This document shows, piece by piece, positions 49,305 to 62,600 of a DNA stretch of 64,000 nucleotides. The stretch lies in contig NC_087436.1 in assembly GCF_036321535.1 (NCBI RefSeq), positions 118,608,001 through 118,672,000 of the forward strand, written 5' to 3'. The translations under genes and the position numbers were made by a program. The stretch's first letter is position 1, and every line of letters begins with the position of its first letter. The notes under the pieces were generated by a model, which had not been told where the DNA came from, searched no databases, and saw nothing but the letters and a program-made list of their open reading frames with translations. This stretch comes from Camelus dromedarius. Taxonomy: Eukaryota.

Positions 49305-49516
49305 AGAAGACAGGCTGCCAGGTTCAATTCCCGGCCCTGCACTCACCAGCTCTGTGATCTGGGGCAAGTCAGCTAACCTCTCTGTTTCCACGTCCATGAG
49401 GAGATATGATAATAACATCTCCTCCACAGAGCTGGCTGTGACGAGGGAGCGAGCCGATGTGTGCGAAGAGCTTTCTAACCGGGCCGGCAGCATCACGGGC
49501 ACTTTCATGTTAATTG
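49305..49516 (+). mobile_element. MIR SINE
   Basis: GGTTCAATTCCCGGC...AGCTCTGTGATCTGGGGCAAGTC...AACCTCTCTGTTTCC. Confidence 0.7.
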
Positions 49517-49517
49517 C

Positions 49518-49865
49518 TATCTTAGCCCACTCAGGCTGGCTGCTACAAAAAGCACCCTGGGCTGGGCAGCTTATAAACCACAGAAACATCCTTCTCACAG
49601 TTCTGGAAGCTGGAGGCCTGCGATCAGGGTGCCAGCACGGCTGGGTTGTGGCGAGCGCCCTCTTCTATCTTGCAGACTGCCGGCCTCCCGCTGTGTCCTC
49701 ACGGGCCGAAGGGGTGAGGGAGCCCCCTGGGCACTAATCCCACTCACGAGGGCTCCACCCCCAAGACCTATATATCTCTCCGAAGTCCACCTCCTGAAAC
49801 CATCACACTGTGGGGTAGGGCTTCAACACACGAATCTGGAGGACACGAACATTCGGTCCATCACA
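49518..49865 (-). mobile_element. MaLR solo LTR, MLT1A-like
   Basis: CTTATAAACCACAGAAAC...CTCACAGTTCTGGAAGCTGGA...GGCACTAATCCCACTCACGAGGGCTCCACC...ACATTCGGTCCATCACA. Confidence 0.82.
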
Positions 49866-52404
49866 GTTGTGAATTTTGTTCCAGCTTGCGTGATGAGGGC
49901 AGGAGAGTAAATGCTGAATTTGGGTTTCAACTGCAAGTCCTATGAAAGCAGACCCAAAGTACACAACTTCATACTGATCAGCCAGAAAGATGTGATGTTA
50001 GTTTCACGGGTGACCGATAACTGATCCCCTTGGGCAGAGCAGCTGAACCCTTAGTAAGCCTCAGCTTGTGCCCCACGAAGGGCAGAAACAGTGGACAGTG
50101 ACCCTTGGACCACAAGTCAGGGTAACTATGGGATGGGGCCGGCTAATTCGGATGATACTTTTAGACCTGGGAAGGAGCTGGGGTGGGGGTCAGAAAGGGA
50201 CCCCTTCCCTCCATTTCTGGGCTCCTCCATCTCGAGAGACAATCCTAGGAGAGGAGAAGCGTCCCGGTGGGGATGGGAGGTCGCTCGCCGTGGGTGGGTG
50301 ACGGGCTCCCTCCCACCCAGTCTCCTGCGTTCACTCTTTGGTCAGTTCTGCGGCGCTTAGCACTGCCTGGGTAGGCAGATGCTCTGAGGGGCCTCAGAGA
50401 CAAGCCAAAGGCTCACCCCAGTTGAGTGGTGGTTTGGGGAAAGGAGATCTGACTCCCACGGACAGAGGAGCCGAGGCCCTGGGACGACACCACATGGGAA
50501 GTATATGCACACGCGCATCTGTGTAATGGGCACAGGGCTGCAGGTAGTGAGACAGCACACGTAAAGCGAGGCACGCAGGGCCCCAGGCTGCTTCCTGCTG
50601 ATGGAACCTGCTGAAGCCTCGGAGGAAGAAGTGGCTTTTGAGGCAGCATCCACGGGCGGGAGGGGGTCGTAATGGGGTGGGGGCTGTAGAGAAACACGGG
50701 GTGGGGAAATGCACAACGTGTCTCAGCAGGAGCCGCAGGGGAATGTGTGTGGGCAGGTGGGACTGGAGAGCAAGGAGGAGGAGGGAAACTGGAGAGGGTG
50801 GCAAAGGCTACGAATGCCGAGTTTAGGGGTTTGGACTTTTCCCTGCAGATAGCAGTGAGACAGATTCAAGAAGTAATTTTGCACATGGGAGTGATATAAA
50901 AAGCACTGCTCTTCTAAAGAACGAGCAGTCTGTTGGCTGGTGCGGGGAGCTGAGAAAACGTGGACGGGCAGAGCTGGCGTGAGGCAGGGAGGAGCTGAGC
51001 TCAGCCCCTCCATCAGACACAAAAGGCAACTGAACAGCTCTGTGATCCCACGTGGAAGTCCCTGCGCGAACCAGGAACTGGAGGCAGAAACAGCCCAGCG
51101 CTTGGTCCCCAACAGCCTGGTTTCTGCAAAAGGGGGAAGTGATGGGAACCCAGAGAAAATGCAGATTGAAAGATGTCAGAGTGGCTGCCCCGCTCAGACA
51201 CCAGCCTTGTTGGAAGACAAATGAATAGCCTTGCAGGTCGGGGAATGAACGCCTGGTCCCTGACTACTCAGTGACTGGCTTTTATTTAGTTCCTCTGGAC
51301 ATATCCAGCCACACTTTCCAGGTTCAAGGCCCTGTGCTGGGTGTTGGGGATATGCAGGGGACAAGACAGAGTCCCTGGCCTCAGGAGCTTGTGGTCTGGG
51401 GGGCAGGGGTGGGGGATGAACCCACAAAAGGGCTGGCACTGCATATGATGGGCAACTTGATAGAGGTCACAGGAAAGGCTTATACATCAATTTTCTGTCT
51501 TACACGTGTTCTGTCAGCACTTTGGAAGCAGGAGCAGGGCTGTCTTCCAGCACCAGCCCACACAGAGTGCTGGGCACAGGGTGGACACTGGTGGCACGTT
51601 TGCTGAGTGGATGAATGGATGCACAAGGAGTCGAAGGTGTGGAGGGACCCAGGGAATCTGCTGGACCACAGCCTCCGCGCTCCGAGTCTCGACCCACAGT
51701 CTCTTAATTGGTTATGTTTCTCGCTCGGAGTCTCTAAAAGACCCTCTGAAGGTGGCGGATAGAGCTTCACTTCACACCATACTTCTCTCCTGGCTGCCCT
51801 AGATTTTAATTAGTCATAATCGTCATAAGCATGTTTATAGCACTTCAGCATTTCCAAACCACTTTCCGCACATTATCTCCCTGGGATCGCACACAAATTT
51901 GCAAGGAAGGACGACGGTCGGCTCTGCCGAGGGTGTTCGCGATCTTCCCTGTCGCAGGAGGGAAGGGGCCGGGTTTCACGTGCGCCCTCGCAGGCTGCTG
52001 GTCCTCCACACGCTGTTAGTCTCTCTACTTTCACACATGCCGCTTATTTAATTAGCTCAGCAGCAACGCCAGGCGATTATCATTCCTGTTTTACAGATGA
52101 GAAACTGCTATTCAGAGAAGTCAAGCACCCTGCCCAAGGATGCAAGCAAGTGAGCTGGAATTTGAACCTGGTTCTGTCTGACTCCAAGTCTAGTAAGAAT
52201 GATGCTGAGGAGAGATGCTGAGGACTGCGGGGGTGGTGGGTACGTACTGAGTGCTAACGCTGGGCCAAGCACTGAGCCCGGCACTTTATATGTTTTACTA
52301 ATTTTATACTCAATTTAATACTCATTGAGTATTAATTTAATACTCACCTAATACGAATTTAATACTCCTGACAATCCCATGGGGTCGCTACTATTATTAT
52401 CCAC

Positions 52405-52911
52405 TGTGAATGAAAAATACTGCAGCCGTATCAGTAAACAAAGGGTGCTGCGGCCATCGAGTCACCAGCCACTACTGCCACCCCGGACAGTGAGCCAAGG
52501 GCACTCAGGATGCGGAGAAGCAGGCAGCCCAGCCTCTGCTGCCACCCCCAGTGGTGCCTCCTGAGGGAACTCGGGATGTGGAGGAACAGGAGACTGGCCT
52601 TGGACAGCTAAGGTGCACATCAAAGCAATGATTTCAACAAGCCCAGACCTTTGCAGCTTCCCATATTTGGAAAGGTGCTAAATTCCTTAACTCGAGATAA
52701 TCTGGTTTTCTTTAATTAACAGTAATCTTTTGATGTTCTGACTACCTGGTCCTTGTTGCAAAAGCTCCTATATAGCCTGGCTCCTCCCTTGCCTGGGCAG
52801 AATAGTCTCTTAGAGCGATCTGAGAGGCTGTGTCCCTGGCTCAAGTCTTCAGGAAGTCTGCCGAATACAATGTAACTCTCAACTTGTAGGTTGTGCATTT
52901 TTCAGTCGACA
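52405..52911 (+). mobile_element. ERV1-type solo LTR (507 bp), resembling cetartiodactyl MER41-like LTRs
   Basis: TG...CA termini with imperfect inverted ends (TGTGAATGAAAAAT / ATTTTTCAGTCGACA), near-TSD ccac/tcac, TATA-like CCTATATAG at ~52767, internal direct repeat CTGCCACCCCC...ACTC(A/G)GGATG. Inserted into a MIR. Confidence 0.75.
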
Positions 52912-53662
52912 TCACTGTGCTCCTGTCACTGGGCCAGATGCCTTGGGGATTGTGTATTTCAGGAAAGGTGACAAGGGGCTGTTACCTGACGCGTCACACT
53001 CCAGGTTTACTGCTTTGTGCTACCGGTTCAGGGCTCAGCATGCAGCACGGTGGTGATGTGTGGACAATAGACACGGACCAGACATATGGAGGCTTCCCCT
53101 CAAGAAGCATAAGTGAAATGTATCTTTAGACTTGATACTATCTGAATTTTGTTTTTAATATGCTTATTCTCAGAGACCCTAAAAAGGATGACTTCAGCTC
53201 TAAAGAATGAAGATTTTCCTAAGAATTCTAGGTCTTTTGAAATGGACTAGGCTGCCAGTGGCAATTGTGAGCGCTCTGTCTCAGAGATGTCCGAGTAAAA
53301 GCGACAGAAGTGCTAAACGCCTAGGATGCAAGAGCTCTGGGCTTGAGGGTTGGTCCCTCTGCAGAAAGGAGACCGCCAACTCCAGAGAACAGGCGGATAC
53401 ATATTTACAAGGCGGTGAGGAAGAGAAGGGCAGCCCTGGAGACTGGGGCTGGCCTGGGCTTGTCACTGGCTGGTGCCAGCAGCTGGCAGTGCTCACAGCC
53501 AACGTGCCCTCCTGGTGAACAAAAGCCACCTCGCAGAACATCAAGATCAAACCGGAGATGAAGCCAGACCCCAAACCGGAACGCTCTGCCACCTTCTTTA
53601 AGCACAGGCTAAACCGGGTCGGCACAAACCACAGAAATGACCAGGCGCCCCCTATCCTGGCT

Positions 53663-54135
53663 GCATTCAGCTCTTAGGGCCGCTCTAATAAATTACTGCA
53701 AACATGGTGCCACAAAACCACATAAATGTTTTCTCCTACCGTTCTGGAGGTCAGAAGCCTGAAAAGGGCCACACTGGCTAAAGTCCAGGTGTCGGCTGGG
53801 CTGTGTTCCACTGGAGGCTCCAGGGCAGAATGCATTTCCTTGCCTTTTCCAATCCAGACAGCTGCCTACATCCCTCGGCTGGTGGCCCCTTCCTCCATCC
53901 TCAGAACCAGCCATTGGCTGTTGAGTCCTTCTCATTCTGTGTCACTCTGACACTTTTTCTCCCGCCTCCCTTGTCCACGTTTAAGGATCTCAGTGATGAC
54001 ACTGGGTCCACCCAGATAACCAGGATGGTCTCTGCATCTGAAGGTCGGTTGTTTAGGTACCTTCGTTTTCCTTGCCATGGGTCATAATGCCCTCACAGGT
54101 CCTGGGACATGTGTGGGGACCGTTACCCTGACTCT
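53663..54135 (-). mobile_element. MaLR solo LTR, MLT1C/D-like
   Basis: TTCTGGAGGTCAGAAG...GGAGGCTCCAGGGCAGAAT...TTGCCTTTTCCA...CCTTCCTCCATC...CCCAGATAACCAGGAT. Confidence 0.78.
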
Positions 54136-56554
54136 GCATTGGCTACTACACATGGGGGCTGCTGCTTCTCCAGTGCATCCGTACTGTTGCTCAATCAAGT
54201 CTTCCCCGATATGAGATGAAATTTATTGAGGTGCTCAGCCACAGACGGACCCCTGCTTCCTGAGAGCATCCAATCCAGAACAAAGCCCTTCTTCCTTGAA
54301 ACCTCCCTCCCCCAAACCACCTCCCAGAAGCCCAAATCTTGCAGTTAGACCCTTCTAGTGTGTTCTAACTGGATGTCCCACATTCCCCGTGGTGGGTATC
54401 CTTTCGTCTCACTGAAATGAACCCAGCTTGGTAGTGACTGGCAAGCTCCTGGTGGTCTTTGCTGGGTGTACTGGCATTGGCAGCAGCTGGGGTGAGAGGG
54501 TGGCGTGTGCACCTCAGCTGTGGAGGCAGAGGCTGGAGGGGCCAGCGTGGCCTGTGGCAGAGGTAAGGAGAAAGATCCTGGAGGCCGTGACTTTCAAGCT
54601 GGGTCTGAAGGAGAAGCAGGAGCTTCTGGATGAGAAACCCAAGGCGAAGAAACCACGGTGCGGAGGCTGGGGACGTGGAGGCGGACACTCTCCGGCTTGG
54701 CAGGGTCTGAGGTTTCAGGGGCGCACCGGTGACCACCTAGGAGCCGCACGGCTCTTCAGCATCCCATGGGTGGAGGTTGGGTGTCACCCCCTTGGACAGA
54801 GGAGGAAATGGCCTCCAAGGGTTACAGGACCCAGGGCCAGTAAAGGGAGGATCTGGGAAGGGCGAGTGCAAGCCCACCGCAGAGCCAGAGGGGGCACCCC
54901 CCAGTGTGTAGGCAGGGCCTGGCCCCCGAATAACAGCCCATCGGAATGGCCGGGCCTCCTCCCTCAGGGAGGAGGGGCAGAGGCCCCCAGTCAGCAACCC
55001 GGAACCAGAGGGTCTGTGTAAACGTGGGTGAGCAGCAGGGAGCAGCTGTCCACTTGCCGGTTCACACAATGTCAGAGGAGCCGCGTTACAGATGAAGATA
55101 AACGCCCTGCTTTAGATCTGGTGAGTCTCAGTTGCACTGGGGCATCCGAGCAGGACGAGGAAGGAGGCGGACGAAGGAACGGGAAGGCCGTATGGCTGGG
55201 GTCGGATGCCGGGCTGAGGACCAAGCCCCAGGGGAAAGAGCATCAGGAGGCAGGAAGGAAGGGGCAGCGAAGAGGCGTGCGGGTGCCACCGGGAGAGGGC
55301 GGCGTCGGGGCCGGGGAGAGCGTTCTGAGCAGGGGTTCCTGTACGAGCAAGGCGAGAGGCCAGGCCCACGGGGGCCAGGAGGTGGTCTGGGGGCTGCCCA
55401 AACGGAGGTCGGGGTGGGAGCGGTGTCTGAGGAGTGGGGCAGGGCTGTGGAGAAGCCAGGCAGAGGGGATCCAGGAAGCGGGGTCACTGGGAGCACAGAC
55501 CCTGCACGCGTGGCCGAGGGAGGAACCCGGACGGTGAGGTCGGGAAAGCTGGGACTTCTCTGTTTTGGTTTGTGTTTAGGCTGAGACATGGGAACCAGGG
55601 GTTCAGGAATGCTTGAGGGCAACAGCTGGTGGCGGGAATTCTGAGAGAAGGCACAGGACAGGGCAGAAGTGGAGGGGAGGCAACCCCTCCCACAGTAACT
55701 GCACGAAAATGAGGTACACTGGGGAGCCGTGTGGATGACCTCCAAGACCCAGGGTCCCGTTTTCTTTGTGAAAAGCTATTCCGGGCAGAGGGGGCCTGGG
55801 GAGCACGGGGGCTTGTGTAGGAAATGGTGACCGTTCCTTCTGCCTCCTGAGAACCAGAATATAAATAAACCTGACCCAAGGCCACAGGGCCAGGCAGGCC
55901 AATGGTCACCCTGTGGGCAAGGCTGCACCAAAGGAGGTTCTGCTCCCGGTGATCCCATAGGCAAACAATCTGTCACTGGAAACGCTGACAGAAGGGTGGC
56001 TGCGTCAAACAGACGGGTCCCCGTCCCAGGCATCCCCAAATTGGGTTTCTATGACAACCTGCCTCTGACCTGCATATCCCATATTCAGCAAATCGTTTTC
56101 TGAGCATGAGGCCCCGTAGTCTCAGAGAGACAAGGAGGTGTGGTCCTGGCCCTAGGGAGGAGACCGAAGAGAGACAGACACTCCTGCCAGGGTTTAGGGT
56201 GAGGACGGGACCGGGGAAGGCGAGGCCAGTTCAGGACTCCTCCTTGGGTACCAGGCATGGCTTCTGGAGGTGGCCACACCTCGTGAGAGTTGGAAGTGAG
56301 ATGGTGTTAGGGAGGCTAAGGAAGCTGGGCACGAGGTCTTGGGGCCTGGGCGAGCTGGGAAGAGCCGCAGCTTCGGGGAACGTTCCCAGCAAAACTTAGA
56401 GAGGCAGGGAAGACGGTCAGGCAGAGTCACCTGTGGATAGATGGTGATGGTTGTCACGAGGCGGGGCTCAAGGGAACTTTCCCTTTACCGTATGTGTGTA
56501 TTTCTGTCGGGTTTATGTTTTCATAATAAGCACGTATTAATTTGGTAACTGAAA

Positions 56555-57019
56555 TATTCATAATTGTCCAAAAAATGGAAGCAACTCAAATGTCCATCAG
56601 TTGATGAATGGATGAAAAAGCGTGGCCTGTGCACACAGTGGATTATTATTCAGCCATAAAAAGGGATGAGAGACTGATGTTACAACGTGGGTGAACCTTG
56701 GAACCCCGTGCTGAGTGAAAGAAGCTGGACACCAAAGACCAGATATGCTATGATTCACTTTAAAAGAAATGTCCAAAAGAATGAAATCCATAGAGACGGG
56801 AAAAAAGATTAGTGGTTTTGAGAAGCTGAGGGGACCAGGGGATGGGGACCGGCTGCTTAGAGGGTCTGGGGTTTCTTGTTAGCATGATGAACAGGTTCTG
56901 AAATTAGACAGCGGTGATGGCTGCACAACATGGTGAATACGCTCAAAGCCACTGAACTGTGAACTTAAAAATGATTAGAATGATGAAGTTTACGTTATTT
57001 ACCTCAATAAAAAAAAAAA
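56555..57019 (+). mobile_element. L1MB-type LINE-1 3' end
   Basis: AAATGTCCATCAGTTGATGAATGGAT...CAGCCATAAAAAGG...GGTGATGGCTGCACAAC...CTCAATAAAAAAAAAA. Confidence 0.85.
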
Positions 57020-58282
57020 TGAATGAACGAGCAGAGCGTCCGTGCCCTCTGACCTGGAGACCACATTTCTGAGCCAAAGGAAGGGCTGAATAAGCCGATT
57101 GAAATAAGCCAGTTTATAAGTAGAAAATGCCACACACCCCCCACGACCACCCAGCCGGGACACCTGCTCGTTGGCCTTAGGGGGAAGCCCAGTGCCCATT
57201 CATTAACTTTCTAACTCCTTCAGTCGATAAATATTTGGGGGGCGCTTTCTAAGTGTGCACTTTTCGGGTGAAATGCATGGAGGCCCTGAGCTCTGGGATC
57301 TCCACTGTAGAGGGGAAGTCAGACAGGAGCAGAGGCACACTGTCAGCGGCCACGAGCACTGTGAGAGCCCTGGGAGGGTAAGGGAGGTGCAGAAGGACTG
57401 GTGTGCTGTGTCCCCTGGAGCCAGCTGTGCCTCGAAGCCAAAGGATGGATCATCCGGAGCTGACTCGGCGTCAGGACCTCAAGTCTGGTCTCCTGGCAAC
57501 ACATGAGTTGGCCGCATGTGTCCAGGGCCACCGTCAGGACTCTGGTGCCTCGAGAGTGGAGGTCTTCCAGACCCTGCTGCCTTCTCCAGACCATCACTGA
57601 GCCCCTGACCACACCCCCTCCAGCCACACTCAACTACTCCTCCTCTTTTTAGGCTCTGGCTCCTATAAATTTTGTTCCCTCCACCTAGAACTTTCCTGCT
57701 TTCTACCCCTGCCCTCTGCCTGAGAACTTTTCCGGTCTCTATGTTTCAGCTTAGACATGGCTTCGTCCAGGAAACCTTCCGCAACTACACTGCCGGTCCG
57801 GGGCCAGGCGCCTTCCTTTGGCTCTTAGCACTGGTCACACAATATCACCATTGTCTGATTTCAGCTGTGTAAATATCCCTGAGTGGACCCTGAGCTCCGC
57901 CAGGACCAGAGACCTGCCTGTCATCTCCTGAGTCCCACTTACAGCTCAGTGGAGAAGTCTGCAAATGTGGAGCTGAAATTAACCCATGGAACTTGCAACA
58001 TTAAGGAACGTAAAGTTTATAATCTTCCATGAACGTTAAATGTTCATAACACACCTGATCATTTAACTGAGATGGAGCTCATTAAGTCAACAGTAGATAT
58101 AAAATTCGTTCACAAAATTTCCCTGAACAATGTGTCTTAATTCACTTTCATATTCAGTGAGTGTCTACCGTACGCAGGGTCCTGGGATGTGAACCGCAGA
58201 GTAGTTAATCTTACAAGGTCAAAGGTGAAAACAGTAAACAATAAACAAAGATCTTTGGTGGGCTGGCTCTCTCCCTCTCATA

Positions 58283-58283
<1 letters not shown>

Positions 58284-58333
<50 letters not shown>
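58284..58333. repeat. (AC)25 microsatellite
   Basis: Read directly from the sequence. Confidence 0.95.
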
Positions 58334-58335
<2 letters not shown>

Positions 58336-59600
58336 GCGCGTGCAGACAGCACCAGGGAATGCTGGGAGCAGACGCAGTACCTTTGTTTGCTCCGACCGAG
58401 AGCTGTAGGCAAGCAGCCGGCAGGTCCCCGCGCACGTGGAGAAGGCGAGATTCTCCGTGAGCTTCTGGAGAAAGAGGGGTGGGCAAAGCATGAGCTGAAT
58501 GCACAAACCTCCCACACTTCCCAGTGATGAAACATTTCCCTGGGGCCGGGAGCCGTTCTTACTGTGGAGGACACCCTCCATGTCACTTTTAAAGGGGCAA
58601 TGACTTCTGACATACAGACACAGTTCCTTATAGTGGCACCTCCGAATTAATACGTTAAAATGCCTTTTAAAAATTACTTTTTCCCCCACTATAGAATTTT
58701 TATGTGCACCTTAGGCTATTTGGGGGAAATAGATAAAAACAAAGATATTCGGGGAAATAGGAAAAAACAGAAAATAAGTCAGCTTCCCAGAAAATACATT
58801 TGCATGTGTGTTTTCCACAGAACCAAGATCATAAAATTTCACGAGCGTTTTGACTTAGCATTGTAAGATTTCCTCAAGGCATCGTGTTTGCAGCAGCCAT
58901 TATTAACAGTTGTATGATCTGCTGGTTCATCATCGTATACCCACCTCCTAACACTGTCCTTAGTACACAGTCAGCACTTAATAGATATGTGTTGCATGAA
59001 TGTTAAATGGCTGATATTTCACTGAGGGGATAGATCGTCATTTACTTAACCATTTCCTGCAGTTGGACATTTAAACCGTCCTGAATAACTTGCTGTCATA
59101 AATCATATTGTGATAAATTGTGCAATTAGTTATATTTGTGTCTCAGTGACCAACTAAGGAGAGGATCTTCCCCAAGGGTTATTACCCAGTCAAAGGGTAG
59201 GAACATTTTTCAGGCCACTGGCTCATCTGTCAGCAAACATTTTTTTCAAGCCAATATCTGCCTTATTTTCAAGGCTGGAAGTTGTGTAAATACTCCTTTA
59301 TCCCAAACCCAACACCAAGGTACCTGGAATTTACATTTTGTTTTGCAAAAGCAAGTAGCTTTTCCTTTAGGAATAACATTAAATTTTCTCGACTTCGATG
59401 CCAATATGAAATATACACTTCTGAAAAGCCCAAGAGAACTGACTCAGACGTGGATTGCATTTTAACAACAGTGACTTGGAAGCAAAAGGACAGAAGGAAA
59501 GGCAAGAAATTTACAAAACAGAAAAATCAAAGTGGGACACTTAGGGAGAGGAAGCTTCTGTCTGCTAAGCACGTCTTGAGTAAATACAATGGTAGAAACT

Positions 59601-59625
59601 AGAAGTTTCTAGAAGCTTCCAGAAG
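59601..59625. promoter_or_regulatory. Heat-shock element, five contiguous alternating nGAAn units
   Basis: aGAAg tTTCt aGAAg cTTCc aGAAg. Confidence 0.6.
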
Positions 59626-62600
59626 CTGGAAGCTGTCTGGAGCACTGCTTGAGCCAAACCCAAAGACTCCATCAGTAGAGACCACCATAAAATTGAGAGA
59701 GAGTTAAAAGTTCAAAAGCCTGAGCCAACTACCTTATTCTGTTATCATCTAACAAAGGGTAATTCAGTGCTGAAGACGTTGGATCATTAGGGGCTGTTGT
59801 CACAATAACCAGCCTGAAATATTAGCGACCCTGCAGTGAGTGAACGTCATTGGGCGCCACCAGAGCAGCGCAGATTCGGGTGACTTTTACGTGGTAGGTT
59901 TATAGCCCCGTGAATGTTTATGGCCTGTAGTTTTTGCTCTGTGTTTACAGGACTTGCACAACGCCTCCAGGCGTGGCGACAAGCAGGTATCGCATGGAAA
60001 TCGTTGGGTCCCAGGCAGAGGCGCCCATTTTGGGGGCGGGGGTGGGGCGCTGATGCAGGACTGGAATCAGGGGAGCTGGGGTCCCTGTGTAACTTCCATT
60101 TCTTTGAAAATAGCGACTAGTGATAAGAGGCAGCATTGCTGGGTGTGTGCGCTGTGCCAGGTGCTGTTTGAAAAGCTCTCCAGCGCCAGATCTTGACACC
60201 CGGGTCCCACCCTGGGTTGTATCATCTCAAACTGACTGGCTTCAAGTGTTGGCTCAAACCATCATCAAACTCCTCTGAGCCTTTTTCTTTTCAGTTGGCC
60301 CCCTATAAGGCTGCCAGGACGGTCAAAACATTGCGATTTTGTAAACCTTGAAATAGTAGGCAATTTTAACCATTGTAATCAGCATGCATCTGAGCGGCCC
60401 CTCCCCAGCGTCACACTAGGGAGACAGATGCAGCAGCTTTGTAATGAGTTGCACGGAGCAAGAGCCCCCCCATCCCAGTCCACCTGGGGAGATCAGATTG
60501 CTACTCCAGCGCCTGGGTACCCTTCCAGTAGGGGTGCAGTCAGTTCCAGGCATCTGTCTCCCCTGGGAGCATGTGAGTCCCCTGCGGGCAGGGACCACGT
60601 TCAGATTCAACCCTGACAACCATGGTGCCCAGCCAGGGCCTGGGACATGCTCAAAAAAATGTTGAAGGGCATAGGTGGAAGGAGAGAGGTGGGGAGGGGA
60701 CAGAGGAAGGAAAGGAGGAGGGACAGCCCCAGGCAAGATTGCATCAATGCCTTGTGCTTAGTGAGCAAACGGTTCAGCCCAACTGGTATACTCGCAGTGA
60801 AGCGGAAGTGCCTGGGTCTGTTCCAGCGGGGGGAGAATGAAAGCCTCCTGCCCAGATTTCACAGGTCACTGGAACCCAGCTCTGCCAGGCCCGGCTGAAA
60901 AGACACTCCCCGAGTCTGGGACTGAACCGAAAACACCCCTCAATGAGCCCGGGGGCCTCGCTGTCCAGGCTGTTTGGCTGGTGCGTTCCCATGACCTCTG
61001 TGGTTCATATCCAGTGCAAAGGAAGGAGAAAACAGACGTGTCTCCTCGGGGGTCTGAATGGCGCCAGGAGGAGTCACGTTTGGCTTCCTGTGCAGGGGGA
61101 CACACCCTCACATTGGTGACCACTTTCCACTTTCAGTCTCCCGGGGGGGAGGTGGGCTTACTGACCAGGGTTCTCACTTCATGGAAGAGAATAGGGGCTT
61201 AGACACAGAGAGTTATTTTCTCTGAGGTTGTGCAGCTCTTAAGAGACCAAACAGAACTAATAACCTGCCTCTTTTGACCCTGAGTCCTCCATGGTTCCAC
61301 TCTCCAAACACCAGCCGCTGACTCTGCTCTCATTCTCTCCATCCTTCTAACACAGCAGCCCTCCGCCACTTCCTACTCTCTCCACAGGAAGACTCATGCC
61401 CACCTCCTCCAGGAAGCCTTCTTGGATTACACACGCCTGCTCCCTCCATCCACCCACTCATCCCCTGGCTGGATCCAGGCCTCTTCCTCTGGGCTTTAAC
61501 ACAGAATTCACCACCTTGTGTCATCATTGTCTAAATGTTATTTCCTCCCTTTGTTCATTTATTCAAGAAAGTTTACAGAGCACCCAGAGAAAGGGAGACA
61601 GAGGCTGGGCAGTGAGTCGAACTGTAAGAGGCCACCCAGGAAGCTCGGTTAGAAGCCGTGCTGCTCAGTGTTCGCCCACTGAATATCTGGACCCCCGAAC
61701 ACTCAGCTCTTTCTAATACCACGACTTTCTGGGGCCTCATTTCTGCAGTGTTTGGACTTCTGCCCATCTTCCCAGGCAGGACGGCAGATGGAACTGAGTA
61801 ACCTGCTAGGTATTAGGCCAGTGGCCACCTGTCTTCTCAGGCAGATGAACCACACCCACAGGACTTAGCTGAACGCCCCAGAGAGCAGGGTTTCATTTGC
61901 ACTCTAGCACTTTCCATCCTTGGTCCGGTAGTAGAGCCCCCACACGAGCAGGGAGGCTGGGCTCTTTTAGAGGATCCACCTGTCAAAGAGGGCACAGAAC
62001 TCCCAGATCCGCCACCACATAGAAAGCAGCTCAGCTCTTCGGAACCTCAGCCTCCTTCGCTGCAGGAGGACGTTGCCAGCTCGTGGACTGGTGCAGACGA
62101 TGCGTTACTGACAGCTAGCACACTGGCACACAGCAGGCACTCGAAAAATGGCAAAGAGATTATCATCATTATTTGTAACTGTTATCCTCTTGACCTCTGC
62201 TCTAGATAAGCTTTCATAGGGAAGTCTCCTTTCAGAAGAGCTACCTCCCAACCCAGGGACGAGGAGGAGCGCCGAGGCGAGAAGTCCTGCACCGGAGCCT
62301 GGTTTTGCTGCATTGATCATAAGCAACTCAGTAAGTTTAGTCCTTTTTCAGTCCTTCTGCAACTCAGTTTCCCCATCTGTAACATGGGGATTGTCTGACC
62401 AGCCCTCCTCTCCCACAGAGGGCAGAGGAGGATCAGATGCAGTGGGGCACAGGAAAACACTTTTTTTAAAGTGCTTTTTAAAATTCACTTCACAGAATAC
62501 AAATATACGCTGGTATGGCCCTGCTTCAAAACTCTGGGTGGCTCCCTACTGATTCTGGGAGAAGATCCAAGCTCCAGAGGCTAATGGTCCCGTTCCCAGA

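Noticed and set aside
52405..52911. Interferon-inducible STAT1 enhancer, by analogy with primate MER41
   Set aside because: I found no TTCnnnGAA GAS motif in this copy.
54428..55745. Cluster of 150-205 aa ORFs in GC-rich sequence
   Set aside because: No protein family resemblance, no convincing splice boundaries, partly degenerate L2-like sequence.
59848..59872. CTCF-like GCGCCACCAGAGCAGCGC
   Set aside because: Mismatches fall at core positions in both orientations.
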